The notes under the pieces were generated by a model that was given only the letters and a program-made list of their open reading frames with translations, did no database searches and had not been told where the DNA came from. This document shows positions 50,729 to 58,387 of a DNA stretch of 61,502 nt, piece after piece. Made by a program: the position numbers and the translations under genes. Source of the DNA: Candidatus Kaiserbacteria bacterium. GTDB taxonomy: Bacteria > Patescibacteriota > Minisyncoccia > Phycocordibacterales > UBA918. The DNA lies in NCBI GenBank assembly GCA_031430855.1, contig JANPCG010000002.1, forward strand, positions 1 to 61,502. Reading direction: 5' to 3'. Each line of letters starts with the position of its first letter. Within the stretch, counting starts at the first letter, position 1.

Positions 50729-51676
50729 CTAGCGCCAAGTAAACCCGCGACCAAAGTGCCCCCATGAAGCAGTGTCTCTATAAATCGGAGCCTCAAGACC
50801 GAGGAAAGACTTAATACCTTTTGGAGTCAGATCATATCCGACGATTTGCTCTGGCACTCCATCAACAGAAGCAACCGCCATTAAGGCTTCAGGATGACCA
50901 ATGGCATACGCGAGTTTTACCAACACCACCTGCGCATCTGGTCTCGCTTCGAGATAATCAACCGCAATCCGCCTCGCCATGTACGCAGCCGAGCGATCAA
51001 CCTTACTGGGGTCTTTTCCCGAAAATGCACCGCCTCCCACAGCCACCTCTGGACCGTAATTATCAACGATAATCTTGCGTCCTGTCAGTCCCGCATCAGC
51101 GTCAAACCCACCCTGATTCCAATCACCAGCGGGATTAATATGATATTCGGCAGCATTAGGAATAACTGACTGAACGAGCGGCAATAATTGAGCCGTCGGA
51201 GCATTCTGAAAACTACACACCACCGACAAAACAGTACCCGTTTCGTCTACCGTCACCTGTGTTTTACCATCATAGGGATATACCTCATACACTTTTTGAC
51301 ACAAGGTACGCGCGAGCTCGTATTCTCGTGGCATATAGGTAGCCGTCTCGCGTGTGGCATAGCCAGTCATAATTCCCTGATCCCCTGCACCACCCGTATC
51401 AACTCCTTGAGCAATTTCTGGACTTTGCGCCACGACATGCGTTCGAATAGCCAGTCCTGGACCGGCAATCTCGGTAACTATCGCTTCAATATTGATACCG
51501 GCTGCGGTCGTCGTAACTTCACCAGTGACCCATACCTGTCCATGACTCCCGACTGATTCTATCGCCACCCGACTCTTTGGGTCTTGTGTTAAATACGCAT
51601 CGAGGATAGCGTCTGAGATTCGGTCACACATTTTGTCTGGATGTCCAGGTGATACACATTCAGCTGTTTTAATCAT
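50729..51676 (-). CDS. metK: S-adenosylmethionine synthetase, compact form (315 aa)
   Basis: GHPDKMCDRISDAILD, GAGDQGIMTGYA, GLTGRKIIVDNYG, GGGAFSGKDPSKVDRSAAY. It is shorter than the ~384-aa E. coli enzyme as I recall it. Confidence 0.85.
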   Translation of the reverse strand: MIKTAECVSPGHPDKMCDRISDAILDAYLTQDPKSRVAIESVGSHGQVWVTGEVTTTAAGINIEAIVTEIAGPGLAIRTHVVAQSPEIAQGVDTGGAGDQGIMTGYATRETATYMPREYELARTLCQKVYEVYPYDGKTQVTVDETGTVLSVVCSFQNAPTAQLLPLVQSVIPNAAEYHINPAGDWNQGGFDADAGLTGRKIIVDNYGPEVAVGGGAFSGKDPSKVDRSAAYMARRIAVDYLEARPDAQVVLVKLAYAIGHPEALMAVASVDGVPEQIVGYDLTPKGIKSFLGLEAPIYRDTASWGHFGRGFTWR

Positions 51677-51705
51677 ACATTTAATTTTTTAGTTTATTAA
51701 CAACA

Positions 51706-51735
51706 ACAAAAAACAACGTTTACACATAAACGTTG
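51706..51735 (-). terminator. Intrinsic terminator forming the expression platform of the SAM riboswitch
   Basis: Minus strand reads CAACGTTTA-TGTG-TAAACGTTG followed by TTTTTTG (hairpin 51714-51735). Its 5' arm overlaps the 3' strand of aptamer helix P1. Confidence 0.6.
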
Positions 51736-51882
51736 TATCCAGGAGTCAGATATCTTTCACTGTCTTAAAAACAGTGTTGAAATTCGCACCTTGTTTTCAC
51801 AAAAAACAGGTTGCGGATGAAGTATTAAATGTCTGTAAAAACATTCTACGGGTCAATTCCCTTCTTCATGCTCTGGATACAA
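51731..51882 (-). promoter_or_regulatory. SAM-I-like riboswitch aptamer in the metK leader
   Basis: 10-bp P1 (TTGTATCCAG ... CTGGATACAA). In order: AGAG, AGGGA-AUUGACCC, GUAGA (k-turn-like), CAUCCGCAACC, a P3 hairpin, GGUGCGAAUUUC, P4 CACUGU/ACAGUG, GAAAGAU. Compared by eye with the SAM-I consensus. Confidence 0.65.
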
Positions 51883-51883
51883 A

Positions 51884-51913
51884 TATTTAGTTGTCCGTAT
51901 ATAAACTTAGCAA
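51884..51913 (-). promoter_or_regulatory. Possible promoter of the riboswitch-metK unit (TTGCTA-N18-TAAATA)
   Basis: Reverse complement of 51884-51913. The -10 box ends 1 nt before P1. Confidence 0.3.
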
Positions 51914-51924
51914 GTATAAAGAAA

Positions 51925-51963
51925 GTGACAAAAGAAAAGCAGGGTGCGAATGTCGCGCCCTGC
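51925..51963 (-). terminator. G+C-rich terminator after the DUF218 gene
   Basis: Hairpin at 51939-51963 (minus strand GCAGGGCGCG-ACATT-CGCACCCTGC, one G-U pair), followed by TTTTCTTTTGTCAC. Lies 6 nt after the stop. Confidence 0.6.
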
Positions 51964-51969
51964 CCAACC

Positions 51970-52548
51970 TCAATATGACGTTCGGCGCGAAATGTATCTT
52001 CGCCAAAACGTAATCGCCCTGATTTGCCACTGTCGCGGCAAAATCAGTTTCAGCCACTTGAATGGCTCGATCATCAGATCGAAGGCACTCATTCCGCCCG
52101 GAATGGAGACAAGCCTTAGCTTCGCCGCCCACTCAGGACTGACGCTCCAAGCTTCACACCCGGCACGTCGTAGGTGCCAACGCTGACCAAAGACCTCGTA
52201 CTCGTCAATTCCCCGCTCCTCACAGTAGCGGTAAAGGGCAGACAACTCACCGAAGGTACTGAAGTGATCAGCCTGGAGTATTTCTACCCTACCCACACCA
52301 AGCGCCTTGAGATGATCAGCCATCATCTGCGCGTAGCTTTTCGGCTGGTCTGGAAAGTTCGGATTATGTCCTGGCGCAACCACGAGGACTACACCTGAAC
52401 CGCGCTGATACGCTACAGCAGCCTCGAGTATCTGTGCAATTTTGGGACCAATGTCAGTCCCAACATCATTCATGTCTCGTCCGAGGACAAGTGTGGCAGT
52501 GAGAGTGTGATCCAAATTAGCCCCCCGACCAATTTTGGCATCCAACAA
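51970..52548 (-). CDS. DUF218/YdcF-family protein
   Basis: 192 aa. ...VVLVVAPGHNPNF...ADHFSTFGELSALYRYC... resembles the YdcF/SanA-type fold. The start (TTG 52548 versus ATG 52473) is uncertain. G+C-rich (54% at 52201-52300). Confidence 0.55.
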   Translation of the reverse strand: MLDAKIGRGANLDHTLTATLVLGRDMNDVGTDIGPKIAQILEAAVAYQRGSGVVLVVAPGHNPNFPDQPKSYAQMMADHLKALGVGRVEILQADHFSTFGELSALYRYCEERGIDEYEVFGQRWHLRRAGCEAWSVSPEWAAKLRLVSIPGGMSAFDLMIEPFKWLKLILPRQWQIRAITFWRRYISRRTSY

Positions 52549-52587
52549 TCAGGATGCCATTCCGAGTATAATTATGCACTCATAAAT

Positions 52588-53898
52588 CTATTCTGTCAAC
52601 ATAGTAGCGACACCCGTCACATCTCCCGCCCCCATGATGAGTATGGCTGTTGGTTCAGATTCATTTAAAGTCTCCCGAATCATCTCTGCAATCCCGGCTG
52701 CTGTTTGCATTACCACCGCCTCGGTTCCTTTTTCTATAATCCCTTCGGCCAATTGTTCGCTCGTTACACCAAACGTGTTTTCCTCGCGCGCTGCATAAAT
52801 GGGAAGCAAATAAACGACATCAGCCGCCGCATAGGCGGCCACAAAATCATCAAATAGTTCAGCGGTACGTGAATAAGTATGAGTCTGCGTTACCACAATT
52901 AATTTTCGATTCGGATACAATTCTCGGGCTCCAGCCATTGAAGCGCGAATTTCTGTCGGATGATGGGCGTAGTCATCGTAGACCGGAGCATTACGTACAT
53001 CCCCTTTATATTCAAACCGCCGCCAGGTACCAGCAAAATTTTCAAGCGCCTCGGTAATGACCGCATGTTCAATAGTTAAAAACTCCCCTACTGCCGTAGC
53101 GGCAGCAGCGTTCATACGATTATGAAGCCCTGGTTGTCGGAGCTTCATGGTTACACTAATAGACGTCCGATAGTCAATTATTTTCGCCGAAACATGTTTC
53201 AGCACAGGAGCCACATTCGGATCGGTTAGATTTACAATAATTGCACCACTCTCTGGTACCACCTCTGCAAGCTCAGCAAAGGCACTTTGGACATCAGCCA
53301 GATTTTTATAGTAATCAACATGTTCGTAGTCGATGTTCGTGATTACGAGGACGTCCGGTTTTAGATGCAAAAAATCACGCTTGTACTCACAGGCTTCAAC
53401 CACTGCATACTTACTCTTCCCGGCTCTAAAATTACTTTTGGTTTTACTGCGCAGCGTCCCGACGACTACGGTCGGATCAAGCCCAGCCTCCTCGAGCACA
53501 TCAGCTATCATTGCGGTCGTCGTTGACTTCCCATGTGAACCCGCGACCGCAATGAGGTAATACTCGTTGGCAACCTGCCCCAGCGCTTCAAAGTAATTCA
53601 TCATCGGGACCCCAAGGGCTCGCGCTGCCACCATCTCCTCCTGATCTGGCGCCATCGCCTCGGTATACACCACCACATCTGGCTTCACCCCATCTGCAGG
53701 GTCGGACCCCGCAGATATATTGGAAGCAGATTGGGTAGGGAAAAATTGCACCCCTTCACTCACGAGTGCTTCGGTAATCGGGGTAACGGCTCGGTCACTG
53801 CCGGAAACCGTTTTGCCTTCATGAAGAAAAAACCGAGCGAGTGCCGACATCCCAATCCCCCCAATCCCAATAAAATGAATGTGTCGCTTAGAGTCCAT
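52588..53898 (-). CDS. murC: UDP-N-acetylmuramate--L-alanine ligase
   Basis: IHFIGIGGIGMSALARFFLHEGKTVSGSD and AVAGSHGKSTTTAMI. Confidence 0.92.
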   Translation of the reverse strand: MDSKRHIHFIGIGGIGMSALARFFLHEGKTVSGSDRAVTPITEALVSEGVQFFPTQSASNISAGSDPADGVKPDVVVYTEAMAPDQEEMVAARALGVPMMNYFEALGQVANEYYLIAVAGSHGKSTTTAMIADVLEEAGLDPTVVVGTLRSKTKSNFRAGKSKYAVVEACEYKRDFLHLKPDVLVITNIDYEHVDYYKNLADVQSAFAELAEVVPESGAIIVNLTDPNVAPVLKHVSAKIIDYRTSISVTMKLRQPGLHNRMNAAAATAVGEFLTIEHAVITEALENFAGTWRRFEYKGDVRNAPVYDDYAHHPTEIRASMAGARELYPNRKLIVVTQTHTYSRTAELFDDFVAAYAAADVVYLLPIYAAREENTFGVTSEQLAEGIIEKGTEAVVMQTAAGIAEMIRETLNESEPTAILIMGAGDVTGVATMLTE

Positions 53899-54418
53899 AC
53901 GCAGTCATAAAACGTCTAATAATTTCAGTCTCATTAAGCTCTGGGCGGTCAGTCATAGCAGCTTGTTTTTCGTACATCGATAATAAATCCACAGCCGAGT
54001 ACCATTCCATTTTTGATCGACTTTCAGCGTCAATATCAGGGCGGTCTCCGAGCTCTATCAGTCGTACCGCATGATACACCGTGAGCTTTTCAAATTGTCT
54101 CTCTGGAGTTGTGACCATACACACCTGGCTACCTAAATATTTTTCAATCGTGCCGGTTGCGCCAAATTCCTCATACAATCCACGATGAACAGCCGTTTGT
54201 AATGACTCATCACCTTCAAGCGATTCCCGCATAAGATGATACCCTTCGGATAATCCACCGAGCAAAAAAAGTAAGTTTGCTGAAACCTCCGTTGCATAAA
54301 AGTGATGGGTGCAAATTTCCGTTTGGTCATTAAACAGAAGTGCTCCCGCTGAAATATGGAATGGTTGCGGTAATCCATGTTGGTAAAAATTATTAGGACT
54401 AGGGGCAGTGGTTGACAT
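53888..54418 (-). CDS. NUDIX-like protein with a degenerate Nudix box
   Basis: ...ESLQTAVHRGLYEEFGATG (RGLYEEFGA instead of REUxEExGU). Overlaps the murC start by 11 nt. Confidence 0.4.
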   Translation of the reverse strand: MSTTAPSPNNFYQHGLPQPFHISAGALLFNDQTEICTHHFYATEVSANLLFLLGGLSEGYHLMRESLEGDESLQTAVHRGLYEEFGATGTIEKYLGSQVCMVTTPERQFEKLTVYHAVRLIELGDRPDIDAESRSKMEWYSAVDLLSMYEKQAAMTDRPELNETEIIRRFMTAYGL

Positions 54419-54474
54419 AAATTATAATTCCCATAGTATCAAAAACAGACAAAAACAGCGAGCGAGGCTTAGCT

Positions 54475-55158
54475 ATGATCTTTCATTTTCCGACCGAAGC
54501 CCCAAACGCTACCGTTGTACTGTTTGGGGGAAGACACCATGACCCGGCTCCATCAGCCTTAGAATACTCCCTCAGTCGAGGCTACCGTATACACTACACG
54601 GTTCTCCCTCCAAGCAATCAGCATGGAAAGGGATACCAGGTGGTAGCATCGCCAACTGAGCACGGCAACGTCTACAGCGACGGCATCCTGTTGGCACCTG
54701 GCACAACCGCTACCATTCGGTCGAAAGACTGCGCGATTGTGTTTATCAAAAACACAGTGACGGGTTACGGTGTATTGCTTCACGCTGGCAGACCAGCCAT
54801 GACGCCAAATGAGAGAGGTCGGAACATCATTGACATCGCTCTCAGTATGATACAAAGAGAACGCGACGACCCTCTTCGCGTATACATCCGAGGAAGCATC
54901 TGTCAGCGTTGTTTTGTACACAAAACCCCTGAGGGCCGCACCCTGATTGAACCCTTTGCAGACCGCTACTCTGGCGCAATCAACCACACCGATGGCGGCC
55001 TCGACATTCCCGCCATCATCGTTACCCAACTGCGACAGTCCGGGGTGAAACCACAACAGATTGATTTCGACAGCCTGTGCACCTATGAGCACGCTGGACT
55101 GAGTAGTCATCGGAGACGAGACCCAATTAGCAACTTGGTTTTGGTCATCAACCACTAA
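54475..55158 (+). CDS. pgeF: Peptidoglycan editing factor PgeF / YfiH (DUF152, laccase-domain) family protein
   Basis: SKDCAIVFI...GVLLHAGRPAM...CTYEHAGLSSHRRRD matches the DC..HAGW..CT..SxRR pattern. G+C-rich (57% at 54601-54700). GAGG lies 7 nt upstream of the ATG. Confidence 0.7.
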   Translation: MIFHFPTEAPNATVVLFGGRHHDPAPSALEYSLSRGYRIHYTVLPPSNQHGKGYQVVASPTEHGNVYSDGILLAPGTTATIRSKDCAIVFIKNTVTGYGVLLHAGRPAMTPNERGRNIIDIALSMIQRERDDPLRVYIRGSICQRCFVHKTPEGRTLIEPFADRYSGAINHTDGGLDIPAIIVTQLRQSGVKPQQIDFDSLCTYEHAGLSSHRRRDPISNLVLVINH

Positions 55159-55159
55159 T

Positions 55160-55200
55160 CAGCCGGGACGCGCATTGCGCGTCCCGGCTGAATCTTTTTT
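55160..55200 (+). terminator. Strong G+C-rich rho-independent terminator after pgeF
   Basis: 14-bp stem CAGCCGGGACGCGC/GCGCGTCCCGGCTG (55160-55173 with 55177-55190), loop ATT, then AATCTTTTTT. Confidence 0.8.
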
Positions 55201-56584
55201 ACTCCAACTCCTTCATATCGCTCTCCACGTATGCATCAACCAATGCAATAAACTCATCGTTTCGCTCATACTCATTTTTGTACTGGGCGAAACTGGCGAA
55301 TGCTGGTGAGAACAAAATGATATCTCCGGCAGTAGCGAGACGAGTCGCTTCGGTAAACGCTAGTTTTAAATCGCCCATTATGGATACTCCTAAATCTCCC
55401 CCATCGAGGTAGCCGAGTAAATTGTCCGTCCCCGAACCGGGAATCAAAAATACATTTTTGCAGTGCGAAGTTATAGCGTACGCAAGTTTAGTGATATCAA
55501 TATTTTTATCAGCACCGCCAGCAATTAAAATAATGTTTTTATTCCCCACATCAAGTGATTCAAGTGCGACGGTTGTCGCTTGAGGCGTCGTGGCATTATT
55601 GTCATTATAGATACGTACATTCCGAACAGTAGCGACAAGTTGTAGCCGTCCCTCTACCCCTGGAAATGTCGCGAGGCCGTTAAAAATTTCTTCTTCGGTC
55701 AATCCCGTGGCGCGCAACGCTTCAAACGCCAAAGCAGCATTCAAGCGATTGTGTTCACCTGGCATGGAGAGGAGCATGTCTTCAGGCAACACTGATGTAT
55801 CGGCCAAAACAATTTCTTGTCCCAAGGTTTCTTTGGGTAGAACTTTCTTTACCCACTCAAACACCGCGGGAGTGGTGATAAAAACACCACTCTCCTCTTG
55901 GTGTAGAAATATTTGCGCTTTGTCGGTAAAGTACGCCACCATCGCTTCGTCATGAGTCCGATCATTTCGTTCATAGTAATTGAGATGATCCTCCATAAAA
56001 GTCGTAAAGACCGCAACTGTGGGTGAAATACTAGCCCAGCCAAATCCCTGTAGTTGCCACGAGTCGAGCTCCATCACACACAGTGATTCAGGGGTCACCT
56101 GGTTGAGTAACTGAAGATTTGAAACCCCACGGATGTTTCCGCCAAGTAAAATTGATTCACCAGTTGTATACGAGAGCACATGGTGAATCATATGAGTCAC
56201 GGTCGACTTACCCCGTGTGCCCGTAACTCCAATAATCGGAATTCGTGACAGTTCCGCAAATAAGGCGGCACTTTGTTTGAGAGGTACTCCATCTTCCTGA
56301 CATTTTACTAACACCGATTCATCATACGGAGCACCAGCGCCTACTAACACAAAGTCAGCATCCTTAAAATCATTAAAGTCATACGGACCGAACTTAAAAG
56401 AAATAGAAGAATATTGAACGAGTGCGTCAACCGCTGGTTGCATGACTTCTTGAGGAGCGCTATCGACAACCAAAACTTCTGCCCCCGCTTCAGCTAGATA
56501 CGCAGCATCCCCAATTCCTCGACCAAGCAACCCAATCCTCATGACGGTCACCTTCTTTCCTTTAAAATACTGAGTAAAATCCAT
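55199..56584 (-). CDS. murD: UDP-N-acetylmuramoylalanine--D-glutamate ligase
   Basis: GVTGTRGKSTVTHMI and GLLGRGIGDAAYLAEAGAEVLVVD. ATG at 56584 (track start is 56614). Confidence 0.9.
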   Translation of the reverse strand: MDFTQYFKGKKVTVMRIGLLGRGIGDAAYLAEAGAEVLVVDSAPQEVMQPAVDALVQYSSISFKFGPYDFNDFKDADFVLVGAGAPYDESVLVKCQEDGVPLKQSAALFAELSRIPIIGVTGTRGKSTVTHMIHHVLSYTTGESILLGGNIRGVSNLQLLNQVTPESLCVMELDSWQLQGFGWASISPTVAVFTTFMEDHLNYYERNDRTHDEAMVAYFTDKAQIFLHQEESGVFITTPAVFEWVKKVLPKETLGQEIVLADTSVLPEDMLLSMPGEHNRLNAALAFEALRATGLTEEEIFNGLATFPGVEGRLQLVATVRNVRIYNDNNATTPQATTVALESLDVGNKNIILIAGGADKNIDITKLAYAITSHCKNVFLIPGSGTDNLLGYLDGGDLGVSIMGDLKLAFTEATRLATAGDIILFSPAFASFAQYKNEYERNDEFIALVDAYVESDMKELE

Positions 56585-56633
56585 ATATTCACTATCATAG
56601 GTAAAAAAAACCATTTACGCTAGTTCTGCCTGC

Positions 56634-56639
56634 TATACT
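56634..56639 (+). promoter_or_regulatory. -10 box TATACT, 8 nt upstream of ATG 56648
   Basis: 56632-56650 reads GCTATACTttacacatATG. Confidence 0.4.
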
Positions 56640-56647
56640 TTACACAT

Positions 56648-56851
56648 ATGCAAAAATTCGTATTAGAGAAATCAAAGTTTTTTCCAATGATTGCCTGGGG
56701 TACAATTGTCTGTTTTTCAGTATTTGTTTTTGGGTTAGTTGTAAATCTCCGACTCGTCGCTGAAGATTTACGCCAGTCGACCGAAAATCTTGAGACACTT
56801 GTGCAACAGTCCGATACCGCTCAAGCGATTGACGTAGAACCTGTCGAATAA
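56648..56851 (+). CDS. 67-aa bitopic membrane protein with a coiled C-terminal part, function unknown
   Basis: TM helix FFPMIAWGTIVCFSVFVFGLVV, then LRLVAEDLRQSTENLETLVQQ. Divergent from murD. Confidence 0.4.
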   Translation: MQKFVLEKSKFFPMIAWGTIVCFSVFVFGLVVNLRLVAEDLRQSTENLETLVQQSDTAQAIDVEPVE

Positions 56852-56872
56852 CCACCCCCTAGAGTGACATGG

Positions 56873-56878
56873 TAGACT
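56873..56878 (+). promoter_or_regulatory. -10-like GGTAGACT, 6 nt upstream of ATG 56885
   Basis: 56871-56887 reads GGTAGACTagtaccATG. Confidence 0.35.
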
Positions 56879-56884
56879 AGTACC

Positions 56885-57457
56885 ATGTCACGAACCTCAA
56901 AGGTAGTGTCAAGCAGTCTTGCACTGTTACTCTTTCTATTTTTAGTTTCTCTCGCCCTCTTTGCAGCGTCTTACCTTGAACACCATCCCGCCCTACAATC
57001 TACCGTCCTTCAATTAGGATATCCAGGCATTCTCGCCATTGCTACTATCGCCGGTTTAAATATCTTTGTACCGGTACCAGCCGCAAGTTTAGTACCACTT
57101 TTTACTACCGCTGGATTATATCTCCCCTTCATCGTTATCTGTTTGACTATCGGTACTGTATTGGCAGATTTTATTGGGTATCGTTTTGGCCGCTGGAGCA
57201 GTAGCTATGTTCATACATCGTATCCAAAACAAATAAAAAAACTGGAGTACCTCCACACGAAGCACAAAATGTGGCTCGTTCCGATGGTATTTTTGTATGC
57301 TGCGTTTGCTCCCTTTCCGAACGAAGCAATTATTTTGCCGCTTGCTATTATCGGTGTACGTTTCCGAGTGCTGATTTTACCGCTCTTGCTTGGTAATCTG
57401 ATAAATCAAACAATCTATGCCATTGGAATCCAGAACGTCTTTTGGTGGTTGTTTTAG
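56885..57457 (+). CDS. Polytopic membrane protein, DedA/YqaA (VTT/SNARE-associated)-like
   Basis: 190 aa with 5-6 TM helices. ...GYPGILAIATIAGLNIFVPVPAASLVPLF...VLADFIGYRFGR... Confidence 0.4.
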   Translation: MSRTSKVVSSSLALLLFLFLVSLALFAASYLEHHPALQSTVLQLGYPGILAIATIAGLNIFVPVPAASLVPLFTTAGLYLPFIVICLTIGTVLADFIGYRFGRWSSSYVHTSYPKQIKKLEYLHTKHKMWLVPMVFLYAAFAPFPNEAIILPLAIIGVRFRVLILPLLLGNLINQTIYAIGIQNVFWWLF

Positions 57458-57521
57458 TATAAAAAAAGCTTTTGCGTGTTTTGTGGTAACAAATAATTTC
57501 TTTCAGAAATTTCCGCGACCC

Positions 57522-57549
57522 GAGAAACAGTGTCTAAACACTGTTTCTC
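57522..57549. repeat. Hairpin family member Ha: GAGAAACAGTGT-CTAA-ACACTGTTTCTC (12-bp stem)
   Basis: Read directly. It sits inside the loop of the stem CCGCG...CGCGG, which in the duplicate copy (58071-58095) has no insert. Confidence 0.9.
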
Positions 57550-57569
57550 CGCGGTTCACAAGCTCACAG

Positions 57570-57668
57570 CGCTCCGTCTCGCACAAAGGCCGTATCTGCC
57601 GCAGGGCAGATACTAATAACGTAAAACACCATTCTTACGAATGGTGTTTTACGTTATTTCCTTTGTGC
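57570..57668. repeat. 99-nt direct repeat, copy 1 (partner 58106-58204; offset 536 nt)
   Basis: Identical to copy 2 except for the 4-nt loop 57635-57638 (TTAC versus GTAA). Contains a 9-bp hairpin (57592-57613) and a 17-bp hairpin (57618-57655). Confidence 0.95.
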
Positions 57669-57724
57669 ACGCGATAGGTTGAAAACGTTTGGGAAACGTT
57701 TTCAAGACCTAGGACCTTTCGAGT
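57662..57724 (-). pseudogene. Degenerate tRNA-Ile 3' half (acceptor 3' strand, T stem, variable loop, anticodon-stem 3' strand) with the T loop replaced by a hairpin
   Basis: 57707-57724 equals 58221-58238 (18 of 18). 57662-57678 TTTGTGCACGCGATAGG compares with TTTGTGCGCGCTCTAGG in the real gene. Hairpin Hb occupies the T-loop position and hairpin Hc follows the anticodon-stem remnant. Confidence 0.55.
57679..57705. repeat. Hairpin family member Hb: TTGAAAACGTTT-GGG-AAACGTTTTCAA, then AGACCT
   Basis: Read directly; 12-bp stem. Confidence 0.9.
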
Positions 57725-57749
57725 GAAAAGTGGCCTAAGCCACTTTTCA
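57724..57749. repeat. Hairpin family member Hc: TGAAAAGTGGC-CTAA-GCCACTTTTCA, then AGACTC
   Basis: Read directly; 11-bp stem. Confidence 0.9.
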
Positions 57750-57845
57750 AGACTCATCCAGTATCTTTGTGAGTTAGCAAACAAAAGAGACGAATGAGTG
57801 GGCAGCTTCTGTAAGAAGAGCAGTGGGTGGGACCCGCTGCGTAAA

Positions 57846-57893
57846 ACCTTTTGTGATATTTCGTTGTTTGCGTAATTTGTGCGCGCTCTAGGG
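57846..57893. repeat. Inverted copy of the tRNA-Ile leader plus acceptor strand (57846-57887), fused to a copy of the tRNA 3' end (57876-57893)
   Basis: 57846-57887 aligns with the reverse complement of 58269-58306 (36 of 38 nt, two small indels). 57876-57893 TTTGTGCGCGCTCTAGGG equals 58198-58215 (18 of 18). Confidence 0.85.
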
Positions 57894-57919
57894 TGAGAAA
57901 GTGCCTAAGCACTTTCTCA
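57894..57919. repeat. Hairpin family member Hd: TGAGAAAGTGC-CTAA-GCACTTTCTCA, then AGACCT
   Basis: Read directly; 11-bp stem. Replaces the T-stem 5' strand and T loop of the tRNA fragment. Confidence 0.9.
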
Positions 57920-58105
57920 AGACCTTGCCTGCTAATTTTTGAGGTACGAAAATAATTAGTGACAAGGTATACCGATGCTGTAAGCAGAGAACCTGATGCT
58001 CTAGTCAATCTGGTAGTGGTCACAAATCACTAAGTATATTATTTCACTTCGTTCATAATCTACTAAGTGTTTGCGACCCCGACTCGCGACTCACTTCGTT
58101 CGTAA

Positions 58106-58204
58106 CGCTCCGTCTCGCACAAAGGCCGTATCTGCCGCAGGGCAGATACTAATAACGTAAAACACCATTCGTAAGAATGGTGTTTTACGTTATTTCCTTT
58201 GTGC
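58106..58204. repeat. 99-nt direct repeat, copy 2, abutting the 3' end of tRNA-Ile
   Basis: See copy 1. The 17-bp hairpin at 58154-58191 lies 11 nt downstream of the tRNA on the minus strand. Confidence 0.95.
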
Positions 58205-58275
58205 GCGCTCTAGGGGTCGAACCTAGGACCTTTCGAGTATCAGTCGAATGCTCTAGCCAACTGAGCTAAGCGCGC
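58202..58275 (-). tRNA. tRNA-Ile(GAU): tRNA-Ile, anticodon GAU, 74 nt, no encoded CCA
   Basis: Hand-folded cloverleaf: GCGCGCT TA GCTC AGTTGGCTA GAGC A TTCGA CTGATAC TCGAA AGGTC CTAGG TTCGACC CCTAG AGCGCGC A. All stems are Watson-Crick paired. Confidence 0.9.
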
Positions 58276-58325
58276 ACAAATTAAACAAACAAAATATCCA
58301 AAAGGTGTACAGCTCCTGTAAGGAG

Positions 58326-58345
58326 TCAGTCGAATGCTCTAGCCA
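58326..58345. repeat. 20-nt duplicate of the tRNA-Ile D-arm/anticodon-stem segment (equals 58240-58259), 51 nt upstream of the gene
   Basis: TCAGTCGAATGCTCTAGCCA is identical in both places. Confidence 0.9.
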
Positions 58346-58387
58346 CCCTATTGCCTCATAAATATCGGCAATTCGCTTCGCGACCGG

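Noticed and set aside
51887-52132. 81-aa minus-strand ORF overlapping the DUF218 3' end and terminator.
   Set aside because: It is out of frame with the longer, family-assignable ORF 51970..52548, and it runs across the terminator hairpin and the riboswitch promoter.
54419-54474. TATAAT at 54421-54426 (minus sense) as the -10 box of the NUDIX-like gene starting at 54418.
   Set aside because: It would end only 2 nt from the ATG, too close for transcription to start upstream of the codon. The same bases read TATAAT on the plus strand (54423-54428), where they fit as the pgeF promoter with a ~45-nt leader.
57754-58023. 89-aa minus-strand ORF in the tRNA repeat region.
   Set aside because: It spans tRNA fragments and hairpin Hd, and has no start context or recognisable motif. 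It is most likely a chance ORF in repeat DNA.
57462-58201. A second spacer tRNA (tRNA-Ala) or the start of 23S downstream of tRNA-Ile.
   Set aside because: I could not fold any complete cloverleaf besides tRNA-Ile. The fragments lack matching acceptor strands and T loops, and no 23S 5' motifs were recognised. This needs tRNAscan/Infernal to be certain.
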